A stretch of DNA of 64,000 nucleotides from contig CAWAOD010000004.1 in assembly GCA_963783575.1 (NCBI GenBank), forward strand, positions 192,001-256,000. The letters are read 5' to 3'. The first letter of the stretch is position 1, and the number at the start of each line of letters is the position of its first letter. The translations under genes were made by a program, and so were the position numbers. The DNA comes from an uncultured Spirochaetota bacterium. Lineage in GTDB: Bacteria > Spirochaetota > Brevinematia > Brevinematales > JAOACQ01. Below are positions 10,026 to 20,300 of the stretch, one piece after another. The notes under the pieces are model-generated. The model was given only the letters and a program-made list of their open reading frames with translations. It had not been told where the DNA came from and searched no databases.

Positions 10026-11366
10026 ATCAATTTTTTATCATATTTACCCACTCGGGTTTTGCGGAGTACTCCGTTACAAAATGACTTTGTATCTTCGCCT
10101 GTTCCAAGGCTTGAAAAAATCTATGGCTGGATGGACCATATTTTGGAACTTGGCGTCAATGCAGTTTATCTGGGGCCGGTTTTTGAGTCAATGTCCCATG
10201 GCTATGATACGGTTGATTATTTAAATGTAGACAGAAGGCTTGGAAATAAAGTTACGCTTCAATACCTTATCAGGGAGTTCCATGAGAGAGGAATTAAAAT
10301 AGTTCTTGACGGTGTTTTTAATCATGCCGGAAGAGATTTTTGGGCCTTTCGGAATCTCTTGTCCTATCAATACGGATCGCCTTACAAGGACTGGTTCTCC
10401 GGTGTCAGGTTTGATAAAAAAAGCGTTTATAGAGATCCGTTTTATTATGACGGATGGAACGGACATTACAGCCTCGTTAAATTTAATCTCAAAAATCCGG
10501 ATGTTATTAAATATATTTACGATATTGCCGGAAAATGGATCCTGGAATTTCAGATAGACGGGTTGAGGCTTGACGCCGCAGAATGCATGGATACGGATTT
10601 TCTTGCCGGTTTATCCGAATTCTGCAAAAAACTTCGGCCGAATTTTTGGCTGATGGGAGAGATGATCCATGGGGATTACAGAAAGCTGTTGAACCATGCG
10701 CGTCTGGATTCTGTAACAAATTATGAATGCTATAAAGGACTGTGGTCAAGCCTTAATGACGGAAACTATTTTGAAATTGCATACTCCCTCAACAGGCAAT
10801 TCGGTTCCGAGGGTATTTATAAGGATTATTCATTATATTCTTTCGCGGACAACCATGATGTGAGCCGTGTTAGCAGTATTTTAACAAATACGGCCCATCT
10901 TTTTCCTCTTTACTGCCTTCTTTTTACCATACCGGGCATACCGTCAATTTATTATGGAAGCGAATGTGGAATCACAGGAAAAAAAGAAGCCGGCCATGAT
11001 ATAAATCTCCGTCCGTCACTGGACTTAACGGACATGAAAAATAATTCGCCGCATCCCGAATTACTGAAAACCATTAAAAATTTGACCTTTATCAGACTGA
11101 ATTCAAAAGCCCTGAAATACGGAGATTACCGCCAGATTTATGTAAGCCATCTTCAGTTTGCTTTTATAAGATCCGCTTCAGGGGAATCCATATTAACCGC
11201 CATTAATTCGGATCAAAAAGATGCTTTTATTGAAGTAAATGTAAAGCAAAAGGGTTTTACAAAATTAATCGATCTTTTAAACAAAGGCGAAATTTTTGAA
11301 ATAGATGAAGGCAAAACAAAAATCCATCTTTACCCAAATTGGGCAGGAATTTTTAAAATGGCTTAA
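10006..11366 (+). pseudogene. GH13 alpha-amylase/neopullulanase-like enzyme, frameshifted at ~10067 (probably a sequencing artefact)
   Basis: N-terminus MSNWANESIFYHIYPLGFCG is in one frame. The remainder (HGYDT, DGVFNH, DGLRLDAA, GEMIHG, DNHD) is in another. Removing TA at 10067-10068 restores GFCGAP. Confidence 0.85.
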
Positions 11367-11386
11367 TATTAAGGCAACCATATTGT

Positions 11387-12263
11387 TTAGTATTTTATAC
11401 CGCACATTTTTTCTGAAATTTTCCACAACCTCAACCCCGCATCTCCTCTTAAAGCATAACTGCTTGCTTTTTTCGGCCTGGAATTAGCCCAGTAAATTTC
11501 ATTGCTGTTTTGAATTGATGCTTCGCTTGCCAGATAAACACTTGTAGACGCTCCGACGGAAGGATCTGTTCCATATTTCTTCCGTATTGCCCAAACCAGG
11601 CGGACAATTCCGGAAGTCCCCTTCAGCCCCATTTCAGTATTTACCAGCCCCGGATCGGCTGCAAAGGCCCGGACGGATGATCTGCTGCCCAGCCTTCTGT
11701 TTAATTCGCAGGTAAAAAGGACATTGGCCAGCTTTGTCTGTTTGTAAGCTTTTAAGCAGTTGTAATGCTTATGGAGCATAATATCTTTCCAGTTAAGGCC
11801 TGTATGATAATGCGATCCCGAACTTACGGTAATAATCCGGCCGGCAGGAGAGGATTTTAACAGCGGTAAGAGTTCATAGGTTAAAAGAAAAGGAGCCAGG
11901 TGATTTACCGCAAATTGAAGCTCGAATCCGTCATCCGTTAAAATATACCAGCTTGAAAAAGTCCCCGCGTTATTTATCAAAACATCCAGCGAGTTCAATC
12001 CTTTTTCCGATAAAAGTTTTTTTATTTCATCAGCAAGCGATTTTACCCGGCGAAGCGAGGAAAGATCCGCAGTTAAAAAATAAATTGAGGATTCGGGATA
12101 CAGGTTTTTTATTTTTTTATGCGCTTCATTACAGAGTCTCTGCCGAACGTCCTGTCCCGATAACAAAAGCCCCGTAATTAGCAAGTTGACAGGCTGAGGC
12201 AAAACCGATCCCGGATGTAGCGCCGGTAACCACAACGCTTTTACCGTACATTTTTTTCTCCAT
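11387..12263 (-). pseudogene. SDR oxidoreductase (retinol dehydrogenase-like), frameshifted at ~12137
   Basis: ATG at 12263 gives MEKKMYGKSVVVTGATSGIG (Rossmann motif). The downstream frame has LINNAG and YKQTK. Removing base 12137 joins them. Confidence 0.85.
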
Positions 12264-12321
12264 AAATTTTACTCCTTTTCATAACTTATTCTCTAATATC
12301 ATATAAAACTTTATCAAAAAC

Positions 12322-13125
12322 CTAATTCCCGGGATGATTTTTACTATAAGTCCTGCTCCAGCGATTACATAATAAGCGAGCCACAATCTCCGGAGGTACA
12401 AGGTCTCCTGTAAATTTAAGAATTTTATTAATCACTCCGGGTATATAAATGGAATGCCCTTTAAGAGCATGATCAACAGTTTTTGAAGCTACATATCCCG
12501 TGTTTTTTGTCGTGATTAAGCCTATAAAACCCTGTACATCAATTCCCTTAACGGCCTCTTTTGTGGTTGGCAATCCGCCCGGACACAGCGCTGTAACAGA
12601 TATACCAGATAGACGGACTTCCTCCCTCAGGGCAAGAGAAAAATCAAGCAAAAACCTTTTTGATGCGGCATAAACTGCTTTAACAGGCATCGGGTAAAAT
12701 GATGCCAGGCTTGAAACATTTATTATCCGGAATATACCATCTTTGAGCCGCATATCCATGATGTTATGTGTGATATCCAATACCGCCTCAATATTTACAC
12801 GGATAATATTGCGGATTTGACCGCTTGTTCTTTTATAAAAAGGGCCTTCATAATCAACACCGGCAACATTTATAAGGCTATGGAAAAGTATTTCCCTGCT
12901 TTTTAACCAGGAAAACATTGAGGAACGGGAATCAGGTTCCGACAAATCACATGAATAAATTAATATTTCGGTCTCATAGGTGTTTGACAATGACTTTCCA
13001 AGATCGGTTAAAGCAGTCTCATTCAGGTCTGTTAAAAACAATTTCCATCCCCGTGAAGCACATTCAACCGCAAATGCTTTTCCCAGGCCTCCCGCAGCTC
13101 CTGTAATACATACATAACCTTCCAT
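12322..13125 (-). CDS. Short-chain dehydrogenase/reductase
   Basis: ITGAAGGLG, INVAG, NVSS and YAASK motifs. Confidence 0.9.
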   Translation of the reverse strand: MEGYVCITGAAGGLGKAFAVECASRGWKLFLTDLNETALTDLGKSLSNTYETEILIYSCDLSEPDSRSSMFSWLKSREILFHSLINVAGVDYEGPFYKRTSGQIRNIIRVNIEAVLDITHNIMDMRLKDGIFRIINVSSLASFYPMPVKAVYAASKRFLLDFSLALREEVRLSGISVTALCPGGLPTTKEAVKGIDVQGFIGLITTKNTGYVASKTVDHALKGHSIYIPGVINKILKFTGDLVPPEIVARLLCNRWSRTYSKNHPGN

Positions 13126-13141
13126 ATTTAATATTCTCCTT

Positions 13142-13206
13142 AATCATATGATTTAATCATCTGATTAATTATAACATACAATTCAATAAATATCAATCGT
13201 TTGATT
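13142..13206 (-). promoter_or_regulatory. Sigma70 promoter of the SDR pair with three AATC-N4-GATT boxes
   Basis: Minus-strand TTGATA (13196-13191), 17-bp spacer, TATAAT (13173-13168). Boxes at 13142-13153, 13155-13166 and 13195-13206. Confidence 0.6.
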
Positions 13207-13286
13207 AAAACAATTGTTTAAATATATTGGCGCTGAGATCAGTTTTTGTAATCAGCCATACTATTTCTAAATTTGATTATGTTATT

Positions 13287-13325
13287 TTTTCAATTGATCT
13301 ATTCAATTTTCAATTGATCTATCCA
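13287..13325. repeat. Tandem 20-bp direct repeat (TTTTCAATTGATCTATYCA x2)
   Basis: Directly visible upstream of the PHP-domain gene. Confidence 0.6.
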
Positions 13326-13407
13326 TTTATATATTATATAATAATTTTGATATATTTTTATAATTAATTATGTAATATTTCCCGGTATCAATGGAAGGAA
13401 CAATTTT

Positions 13408-14700
13408 ATGAATGATATAAACAAGCTTGTTTCCAATTTGAATCACAAAGAGGTGAAAATCAGGCTTTCAAGCCTCCAAAACCTTATGGATGAAATCAGC
13501 GCCGGCAGGCTGGAAAAGGTTCAAAAAACAGAGGATGTCAATAATCATATACATACATTTTATTCATTTTCTCCTTATTCCCCCTCAAAAGCCATCTGGA
13601 TGTCATATCTTGCGGGCCTTCAAACCGCCGGGATTATGGACCATGATTCTATCAGCGGTTCCGCAGAATTTATCGAAGCCGGCAGGATAGCAAAAATAGC
13701 CGTAACTTCAGGTATGGAATGCAGAGTGGATTTTTCAAAAACCTCCCTTGCCGGAAAGAGAATAAATCATCCCGACCAGCTCTCAATTGCTTATATCGCC
13801 GTACATGGCATACCCCATCAAAAGTGGAATGAAACATCAGCTTATTTGAAGCCTTTACTAAACGGGAGGAAAAAAAGAAACATTTTAATGGTTTCTAATA
13901 TTAATGATATTCTCAAACCATTTAATTTCAACCTTAATTACAAAAATGACATTCTGCCTCTTTCAAGGTACAATGAGGGAGGCAGTGTAACGGAAAGGCA
14001 CATCCTTTTCGGGCTGTCGAAAGCAATTATTTCCCGTTATGGCAAAGGTGAAAGGCTGGTCAATTTTTTAATTGGCAGTTTAAAACTGAAAATTCCCGAT
14101 AAACTTTTAAGAAATCTTATGGACGAACAAAATATTTATTATGAATATGATCTTCTTGGCGTTTTTAAGGGGGAATTTATTGCCCGCTTTTACATTCCGG
14201 CAATATCAGAATGCCCGGATATTAGTGAATTGCTTGCTTTTGTCCGATCGATCGGGGCCATATCAGCTTATCCTTATCTCGGAGATGTCGGAGAATCGGT
14301 TACCGGTGACAAGAAACCCCAAAAATTTGAAGATGATTATCTCGATCTCCTTTTTGAAATACTTTCGGAATTGGGTTTTAACGCCGTGACTTATGCGCCG
14401 AGCCGTAATACGATCGGACAGATTATAAAAATTAAAAGCCTTTGCGAGCATTACGGATTTTTTCAGATCAGCGGCGAGGATATTAATAGTCCCCGGCAGT
14501 CCTTTGTCTGCGAAGCAATGCGCGGAGCGGAGTTTAAAAACCTGGCTTCTTCCGCCTGGGCCCTTATCGGGCATGAAAAAGCCGCGTCAATTGACATCCA
14601 TAATGGGATGTTTTCAGAAGATTTGGTTAATAAATATCCCGATCTGGAAGAAAGAATTGAGGTATTTAAAAAAATAGGACAGAAAACCGGGGTCTGTTAA
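13408..14700 (+). CDS. PHP domain-containing phosphoesterase-like protein
   Basis: NNHIHTFYS, GIMDHDS and ISGEDIN motifs. Confidence 0.8.
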   Translation: MNDINKLVSNLNHKEVKIRLSSLQNLMDEISAGRLEKVQKTEDVNNHIHTFYSFSPYSPSKAIWMSYLAGLQTAGIMDHDSISGSAEFIEAGRIAKIAVTSGMECRVDFSKTSLAGKRINHPDQLSIAYIAVHGIPHQKWNETSAYLKPLLNGRKKRNILMVSNINDILKPFNFNLNYKNDILPLSRYNEGGSVTERHILFGLSKAIISRYGKGERLVNFLIGSLKLKIPDKLLRNLMDEQNIYYEYDLLGVFKGEFIARFYIPAISECPDISELLAFVRSIGAISAYPYLGDVGESVTGDKKPQKFEDDYLDLLFEILSELGFNAVTYAPSRNTIGQIIKIKSLCEHYGFFQISGEDINSPRQSFVCEAMRGAEFKNLASSAWALIGHEKAASIDIHNGMFSEDLVNKYPDLEERIEVFKKIGQKTGVC

Positions 14701-14704
14701 TTTT

Positions 14705-15331
14705 TCACTTTTTTATAAAAATCATATATGTACAATCGGCGATCTGAGCTTCTTCAAAACCGGCAGCGCCTATTTCTTTTGCTATCCCGATAAAATCGGT
14801 TTTTATAAAACGGTCGTAATAGCTGCCCTCGATCCATTCAATAAACGCAGGTAAGATTTTCCAATTTTTACCATGGTCTATGATTATCAAAGCCTCCCGA
14901 GATATTTCCAGCATATTTTTAAGGATTATTTTTTCAGTTTCCGTGTCAAACAGGTGAAGGGCAAATGAGATAAAAACATAATCATATGATTGAGCCGCTT
15001 CGTCAGGCTCAAGGATATTGCCTTCCTTAAAGTTAATTTTAAGCCCGGCTTCTTCCGCCCTCATTTTTGCCCGCCCGATCATTCCGGAAGATAGGTCACG
15101 CCCATCGACAGACTTGAAAATTCCGGCAAGACGCAGGGAAAGTAAGCCAGACCCGCATGCATATTCCAGGACTGTTTTACCTGAAGCACCGGGAATATTT
15201 TTTATTTTTAAGCTGACAACCTCTTCCAGAGGTTCGCCGAGAGTACGCTCAATTCCTCCGTAATATTTATAAAACCAGTTGTAAAATTTCCTCATGGATT
15301 GAAGCGGCCTTCTGTGCTCCAGAAATGACAT
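14705..15331 (-). CDS. Class I SAM-dependent methyltransferase
   Basis: VLEYACGSG motif I and DLSSGM. Confidence 0.88.
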   Translation of the reverse strand: MSFLEHRRPLQSMRKFYNWFYKYYGGIERTLGEPLEEVVSLKIKNIPGASGKTVLEYACGSGLLSLRLAGIFKSVDGRDLSSGMIGRAKMRAEEAGLKINFKEGNILEPDEAAQSYDYVFISFALHLFDTETEKIILKNMLEISREALIIIDHGKNWKILPAFIEWIEGSYYDRFIKTDFIGIAKEIGAAGFEEAQIADCTYMIFIKK

Positions 15332-15430
15332 AAAAATCTCCTTGTTATATTTAACGTAATGTCAAAAGTTTCCTAATTGAAAACTTTTATTTCTATATAT
15401 TTCAATAAATTCAATTGCTATTACTAAACT

Positions 15431-15462
15431 CCCCTCCTAATTTAGGAGGGGTTGTGGGTGGT
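15431..15462 (-). repeat. REP-like hairpin, left copy (ACCACCC-N4-CCCCTCCT-N5-AGGAGGGG on the minus strand)
   Basis: Perfect 10-bp IR CCCCTCCTAA/TTAGGAGGGG that contains the DUF559 stop codon. Confidence 0.8.
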
Positions 15463-15819
15463 CGTAAAATAACTATTAATTTCTGACAGAACCCCTTCTA
15501 TATTTTCAAATACTCTTTTATTTTCTATTCTACAAACTTTTATTCCTAAAACGCTCAAATAACTTGTTCGCAATTGATCATGCTCAAAACCCATATTATT
15601 ATAATGTCCTTCTCCATCCAATTCAATACATAATTTTTCTGACGGACAATAGAAATCTAATATGTATATGCCTACACTATGCTGTCTACGAAACTTTCTT
15701 CCTGACAATCCTTTGTTTTTAAGATATTTCCAAAGCTTAGCTTCTGCTTCAGTCATATGATTCCGTAAATGCTTTCGTTTATCTTTTAATTCTTTTTTAT
15801 TGTGAACAATTTCTTTCAT
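15442..15819 (-). CDS. DUF559 / Vsr-like PD-(D/E)XK endonuclease
   Basis: LRNHMTEAEAKLWKYL, KFRRQH..GIYILDFYC, IELDGEGH and D..RTSYL motifs. Confidence 0.9.
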   Translation of the reverse strand: MKEIVHNKKELKDKRKHLRNHMTEAEAKLWKYLKNKGLSGRKFRRQHSVGIYILDFYCPSEKLCIELDGEGHYNNMGFEHDQLRTSYLSVLGIKVCRIENKRVFENIEGVLSEINSYFTTTHNPS

Positions 15820-15850
15820 TTATTTCTACCACCCCTTTCCCCCATAAGCG

Positions 15851-16051
15851 CTAACTTGTTAAGGAAAAATATTCCACAATTTGCATTTTTCTTCTTCTCT
15901 TTTTATTAATAAGTCCTCTGGAAATTCTTATCCAATTTATAAAAATACCGGTAAGCGAAAGGCATGGAATAATTATTCTCTGCATTTCATGAAGCATAAA
16001 TGCAAATTCACGCCAACGGCTTACTATCCCTGCCCTGATTAATAATATCAT
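15851..16051 (-). CDS. Small ORF inside the IS, possibly a frameshifted transposase C-terminal extension
   Basis: Overlaps the FSPWGY tail in the +1 frame and ends inside the TIR. Confidence 0.4.
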   Translation of the reverse strand: MILLIRAGIVSRWREFAFMLHEMQRIIIPCLSLTGIFINWIRISRGLINKKRRRKMQIVEYFSLTS

Positions 16052-16076
16052 AACCCCAGGGGGAAAAAGTCTGGGC

Positions 16077-17126
16077 TTACCAGATAAGTTTTTCGTTTAA
16101 CAGGGCCACAAACAATTTGCCATACAGCCAAGCCTTGGAACTTTCATCTGTATATTTAGGCAAATGCCCAAGTTCCGCAAGTTGCTTAAAACGTTTAAAT
16201 ACTAATTCAACCTGCCATCGTAATCTATACCATCGCAGTATTTCTGCCGGCGGAAAACTTGACTCTTCAAAAGTTGTGAATACAATCACAAACTCCGCAT
16301 ATATTAGTGTCTCCGGTTTTAACTTCTGACTCTTTTTTATAGCATGCTTTTTAATACGTTTGTGAGCCTTAAGAATAGCTTGTTCAGATTTTCTTATAAC
16401 ACAAACTCTACCGGAAACAGTGGTTTTATCAGGGCATTGTAAATGAACATTCCATGAACATGCTTGTCCCGATTTCGAAACTTCTGATAATCTATCCAGC
16501 CAATTAAATGGCTTACCGGATGAATCGCTAACTACAACATGATGAGGGCTGATGCGGACCAATAGAGAAGCTTTCTGCTCAACGGCAAACTTTATTCCCG
16601 GAGCCTGACCATAACCTCGATCACCTATAATATAATCACCCGGTTTCAAATCAAATTGTTTAAACGACTCACCCGTCCCTATACCGTTCATTTGAGTTAC
16701 GCGAAAGTAGTCACACTTGAATGTAGGTAGTCTAAGACTGTAATGAACCTTCCATAAACTTCCCGTCCTTCCAGGTTCTTTAACTACAGTAGCATCAAGA
16801 AGGCGAACTTCAAATCCATCTTTATTTTCCAGTTTCACACCTCGCTCCTCAAATAAACCTTCACATAATGACGCCAACCAATCCGAACTCTTTCTTAATC
16901 GCTTCAGCAAGGCAACATCAGATAAATCTGCTAAATTGGCTTCACGAGCCCTTACTACTGTTTCTCTTAGAGAAAACCCGCCAGCCAGATGAATCAAAAG
17001 GGTTCTGAGCAAGTCCTCCTCAGATTTGCACTTACGCAATCCACTTAATGCACCCGTTTCCTTTGCCTTTTCACGCCAACCTATTGGAAACATTGAAACT
17101 AAAATATTCCAATCTTCATTAATCAT
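16077..17126 (-). CDS. IS4-family DDE transposase, with an in-frame TAA near the C-terminus
   Basis: RLLDAT, IGDRGY and YRLRWQVELVFK (YREK signature). RBS GGAGG before ATG 17126. The frame continues AQTFSPWGY after the stop. Confidence 0.9.
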   Translation of the reverse strand: MINEDWNILVSMFPIGWREKAKETGALSGLRKCKSEEDLLRTLLIHLAGGFSLRETVVRAREANLADLSDVALLKRLRKSSDWLASLCEGLFEERGVKLENKDGFEVRLLDATVVKEPGRTGSLWKVHYSLRLPTFKCDYFRVTQMNGIGTGESFKQFDLKPGDYIIGDRGYGQAPGIKFAVEQKASLLVRISPHHVVVSDSSGKPFNWLDRLSEVSKSGQACSWNVHLQCPDKTTVSGRVCVIRKSEQAILKAHKRIKKHAIKKSQKLKPETLIYAEFVIVFTTFEESSFPPAEILRWYRLRWQVELVFKRFKQLAELGHLPKYTDESSKAWLYGKLFVALLNEKLIW

Positions 17127-17194
17127 AGCCGCCTCCCATATAAATATTATAGCTATTATTTGTAAAAATATCAAGAATCAAGTTAGCGCTTATG

Positions 17195-17224
17195 CCCCTT
17201 TCCCCTCCTTATCAAGGAGGGGAA
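17195..17224 (+). repeat. REP-like hairpin, right copy; its ACCA tail was left at ~15828-15831 by the IS insertion
   Basis: 11-bp stem TTCCCCTCCTT-ATC-AAGGAGGGGAA. Confidence 0.8.
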
Positions 17225-17315
17225 TTCCTTTCCTAAAATCTCCCCTTTTTCACCTGTCTGCCGCCAGGCAGATAAAACTTTTGACATTTCAAATTGGTAT
17301 ACTGGTTCCTTAACC

Positions 17316-20300
17316 TTAATACTTCTTCCATAACTCAAGCCGTTTATAACCGCCGGTAAAGCCGAAAGCCTTCAAACCGGCTTTATATTCGCTTTCCAGG
17401 GCGGGCTTACCGTTTATAGTTTCCACGGTTATTGAGTTTAAAGGATTGAATTCCCTTGTCAAAAGGACTTTAAAGAACTCCAAATAGTCAGGCAGCCCGG
17501 GATGTCCCGGGGGGACTTTTATATTTAAGTTTTCCCCGTTTTTTTGTGAGATCAGGACAATTTCTTTCCCATGGTAAGCTATATGATTTGAACCGATCCT
17601 CCTTGGAAAACGGCCGCGTAGCGCGTCAAGCTTGATTCCGCATAGCGAGGCCGGGTCGATTGCAGACATCCAGTAAACGCTATCTTCCGGCAGTTTATTC
17701 TGCAGGAACCGGTAAGCCTCAAAAGATGCAAACTGCAGGCCGGGGATTCCCCTGAAAAAATAACCGGACACGATTTCCCCTGACAATTCCATAAGCCGGA
17801 GCGTCCTGAAAACCTTTCCCCATTGAAGAAGCGGGAGTTCGTTCGCCGTGATTTCCCGGAACAATATTCCATACCGCAAAAAGAGCTGGCGGACGCGGTC
17901 TTTAATAATTTCCTCTTCCTCAATAAGATCGGAATTGATTTCACCAAAATCAGGCTGATACCATCCTCCCGACAGAGGCCTGGATGCTGCCCACCTGTTC
18001 AATCCGGACCGCCTGCCGGAAACCCTGACGCGGCCCGGCAGGTCATTTTTTTCAATTTCTGACGGAGTGAACCGGCTGAGGATTCCCTGGCGGATAACTT
18101 CAAACGTATCACTGGTTATCTCACCGCTCCATGCGAGCTTCCATAATTTTTCGGCCGTTTTTTGCGTAGACATCCCGGTAAATGCCGCAATATCAAAAAG
18201 CGAGAATTTTCCGCGGAGGCCGGGCAAAATATTCATGACTTCAGAATTCGCTTCTTTCCCTGTTTTAGGGGGGCGTTTTTCAATATACAGGCCCAGTTCC
18301 CCGGAGAAAGAAAAACTGAGCTTCTTATCCCCGCACCCAAACCAGCAAAGGCCGCTCGACTGCATGAGGCTGTCGAGCCAGGCTTTATAATACGGCCGGA
18401 GCCTTGCCGGGAATATTGATTCTTCCCAGGCTTCGGCAGCCGCGGGGAAACCGAAAAGCCGCTCAAGCCTTTCCTGAAGTCCTTCCAGAGAAACCGCCGA
18501 ATCCGTTAAACCCTGGTATGCCGCCAGGAATAACTGCAGGTATTCAGGTTCAAGAGCCTGAAATATGGGCTGGCGTTCAATCCTTGCCATCCTGAGAAGC
18601 CTTTCCAGGTTTTCCCTGTCGCAAATCTCAATTTCCGTTCCGCCTTCACTTATCCGGTCAATAACTATAGCCTGAGATTCGGCAAGGGTCTGCACAGCGT
18701 CATTGAATAGAATTCCTGGCAGCCCGAGAAGCGTTTCCGCTTTCTTTAATTCGACAGGCCCGTAATAAGAAAGCCATTGAGCCAGAATAGCAGTATATTC
18801 CTGAAGCTTTTCTTCGCCGGAAACCCGGGGTTCCGATTTTTCCAGATAAGATTTTAGTTTTGACACTATTTTATTAATTATTGAAGTGGAATCCGTATTT
18901 ATAATCGGAGAAATTGAAAGATTCTCAAGAGAAATATCATAGCCCGATAAAATGAGCGGAATGCTTTCAACCGCGCAGACCAGCGGGAATGCAGCGCCGG
19001 AAACATTGAGTAGAATTATTTTTTCTGTTAATTGAGATAAAATGTCTTCGATTTCTATATTTGAATTTTTTTCGATCGAATTGAGAAGTTCAACCCACTC
19101 ATTTTGAGGAATAAGAATCCTTTCTTTAACCCAGTCCAGCAGATCATCCGGTGAAGCCGGGGCATACCCCGGGGCGGTCCTTTTAAGTTTATCCTCGAGA
19201 GTTTTTATCAGGTAGACGGGAATTTTCGGGCGTAACTGTGACGAATAAATTATTTCGCGCATTAATTCATCGCTCAGGTTGGAACGGTTTCCCGATGCCG
19301 GGGTATCATCCTCATACATAAATGTATTGATCTCTTTCCATATGAGGCTGTCGCAGAAAGGCGAAGGAACATTAGTAAAACATTCGCTGACTGTGATTTT
19401 CCCGCTTCTAACCTCATCAAGGAGCATGTTTAAATTCTCAATGTCAAATTCATCATGGATGCAGGTCCGCCAGGTTTCAATTAATATTGGAAAATCCTGG
19501 TATTTCATTACCAGTTCCATCAGTTTTTTGGCCCGAAGGCGGTTCAGCCAGAGCGGAAGGCGCTTTTTAAAATCGGCTTTCGGCAGTAAAAGCGCCCTTC
19601 CGGCGTTTTCCCTGAATTTTGCCCCAAAGAACCCTGTTTTTTCAAGCTTTTGACGAAGCAGTCCGTCGATATTTTCCGGGGTTACCATTGAGAAAAGTCC
19701 GAACGGTTCGAATTCGAGAGGAAGAATCAGGATAATACTGTCGTTATTGACCATTGTTTCAAGCGGATAAAGGAATTTTTCCTCCCAGGCCGCTGAAAGC
19801 GCCAGCGCGAAAGGCCTGTTTATCTTTCCGCCCCAGAGCGTATGTATAATCACCTGCTTCCTGTCCGAACGGTTAGACGGGTCTTCGAAATGCTCCACAA
19901 GAATATGATGACGGTGGGGGAGCGCCTGGCCTGTGACCGATTTCTGGCGGAGCAGGAAATTCGCGAGCTCTTCGGCCGCCGTTTCCTGAAAGCTGTAATT
20001 CCGCTTTAATTCATTTTTAAATGAATAGGGATCGGACAGTGTTTCTTCGGCTTTCTCCAGGAATATGCCTATCTTTTCGGAATAATAAAAATCACGGTTC
20101 ATTTCCTCCGCTCTCCAGAATGGGATTATTCCCGGGTTGGTTTTTACCTGAGCGACTTCCACATCACTGGAAGTAATTTTAAGAATTCGCCAGACCTGCG
20201 CTCCCAGGGCAAAAGTATCACCGGTATTCCTTTCCCACACAAACTCCTCGTCCAGCTCGCCTATCTTTGCTTTTGTGTCCTGGACGCGCATATCGAAATA

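Larger units (their letters stand above)
15843..17194 (-). mobile_element. IS4-family insertion sequence (1352 bp)
   Basis: Perfect 16-bp TIRs CATAAGCGCTAACTTG / CAAGTTAGCGCTTATG. 11-bp target duplication CCCCTTTCCCC at 15832-15842 and 17195-17205. Confidence 0.93.
15358..17288. mobile_element. Putative composite non-autonomous element: 14-bp inverted ends, paired REP-like hairpins, DUF559 gene, interrupted by an IS4 element
   Basis: AATGTCAAAAGTTT (15358-15371) and AAACTTTTGACATT (17275-17288). Inner hairpins at 15431-15451 and 17200-17224. Left-end relatives at 22997 and 44952. Confidence 0.6.
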
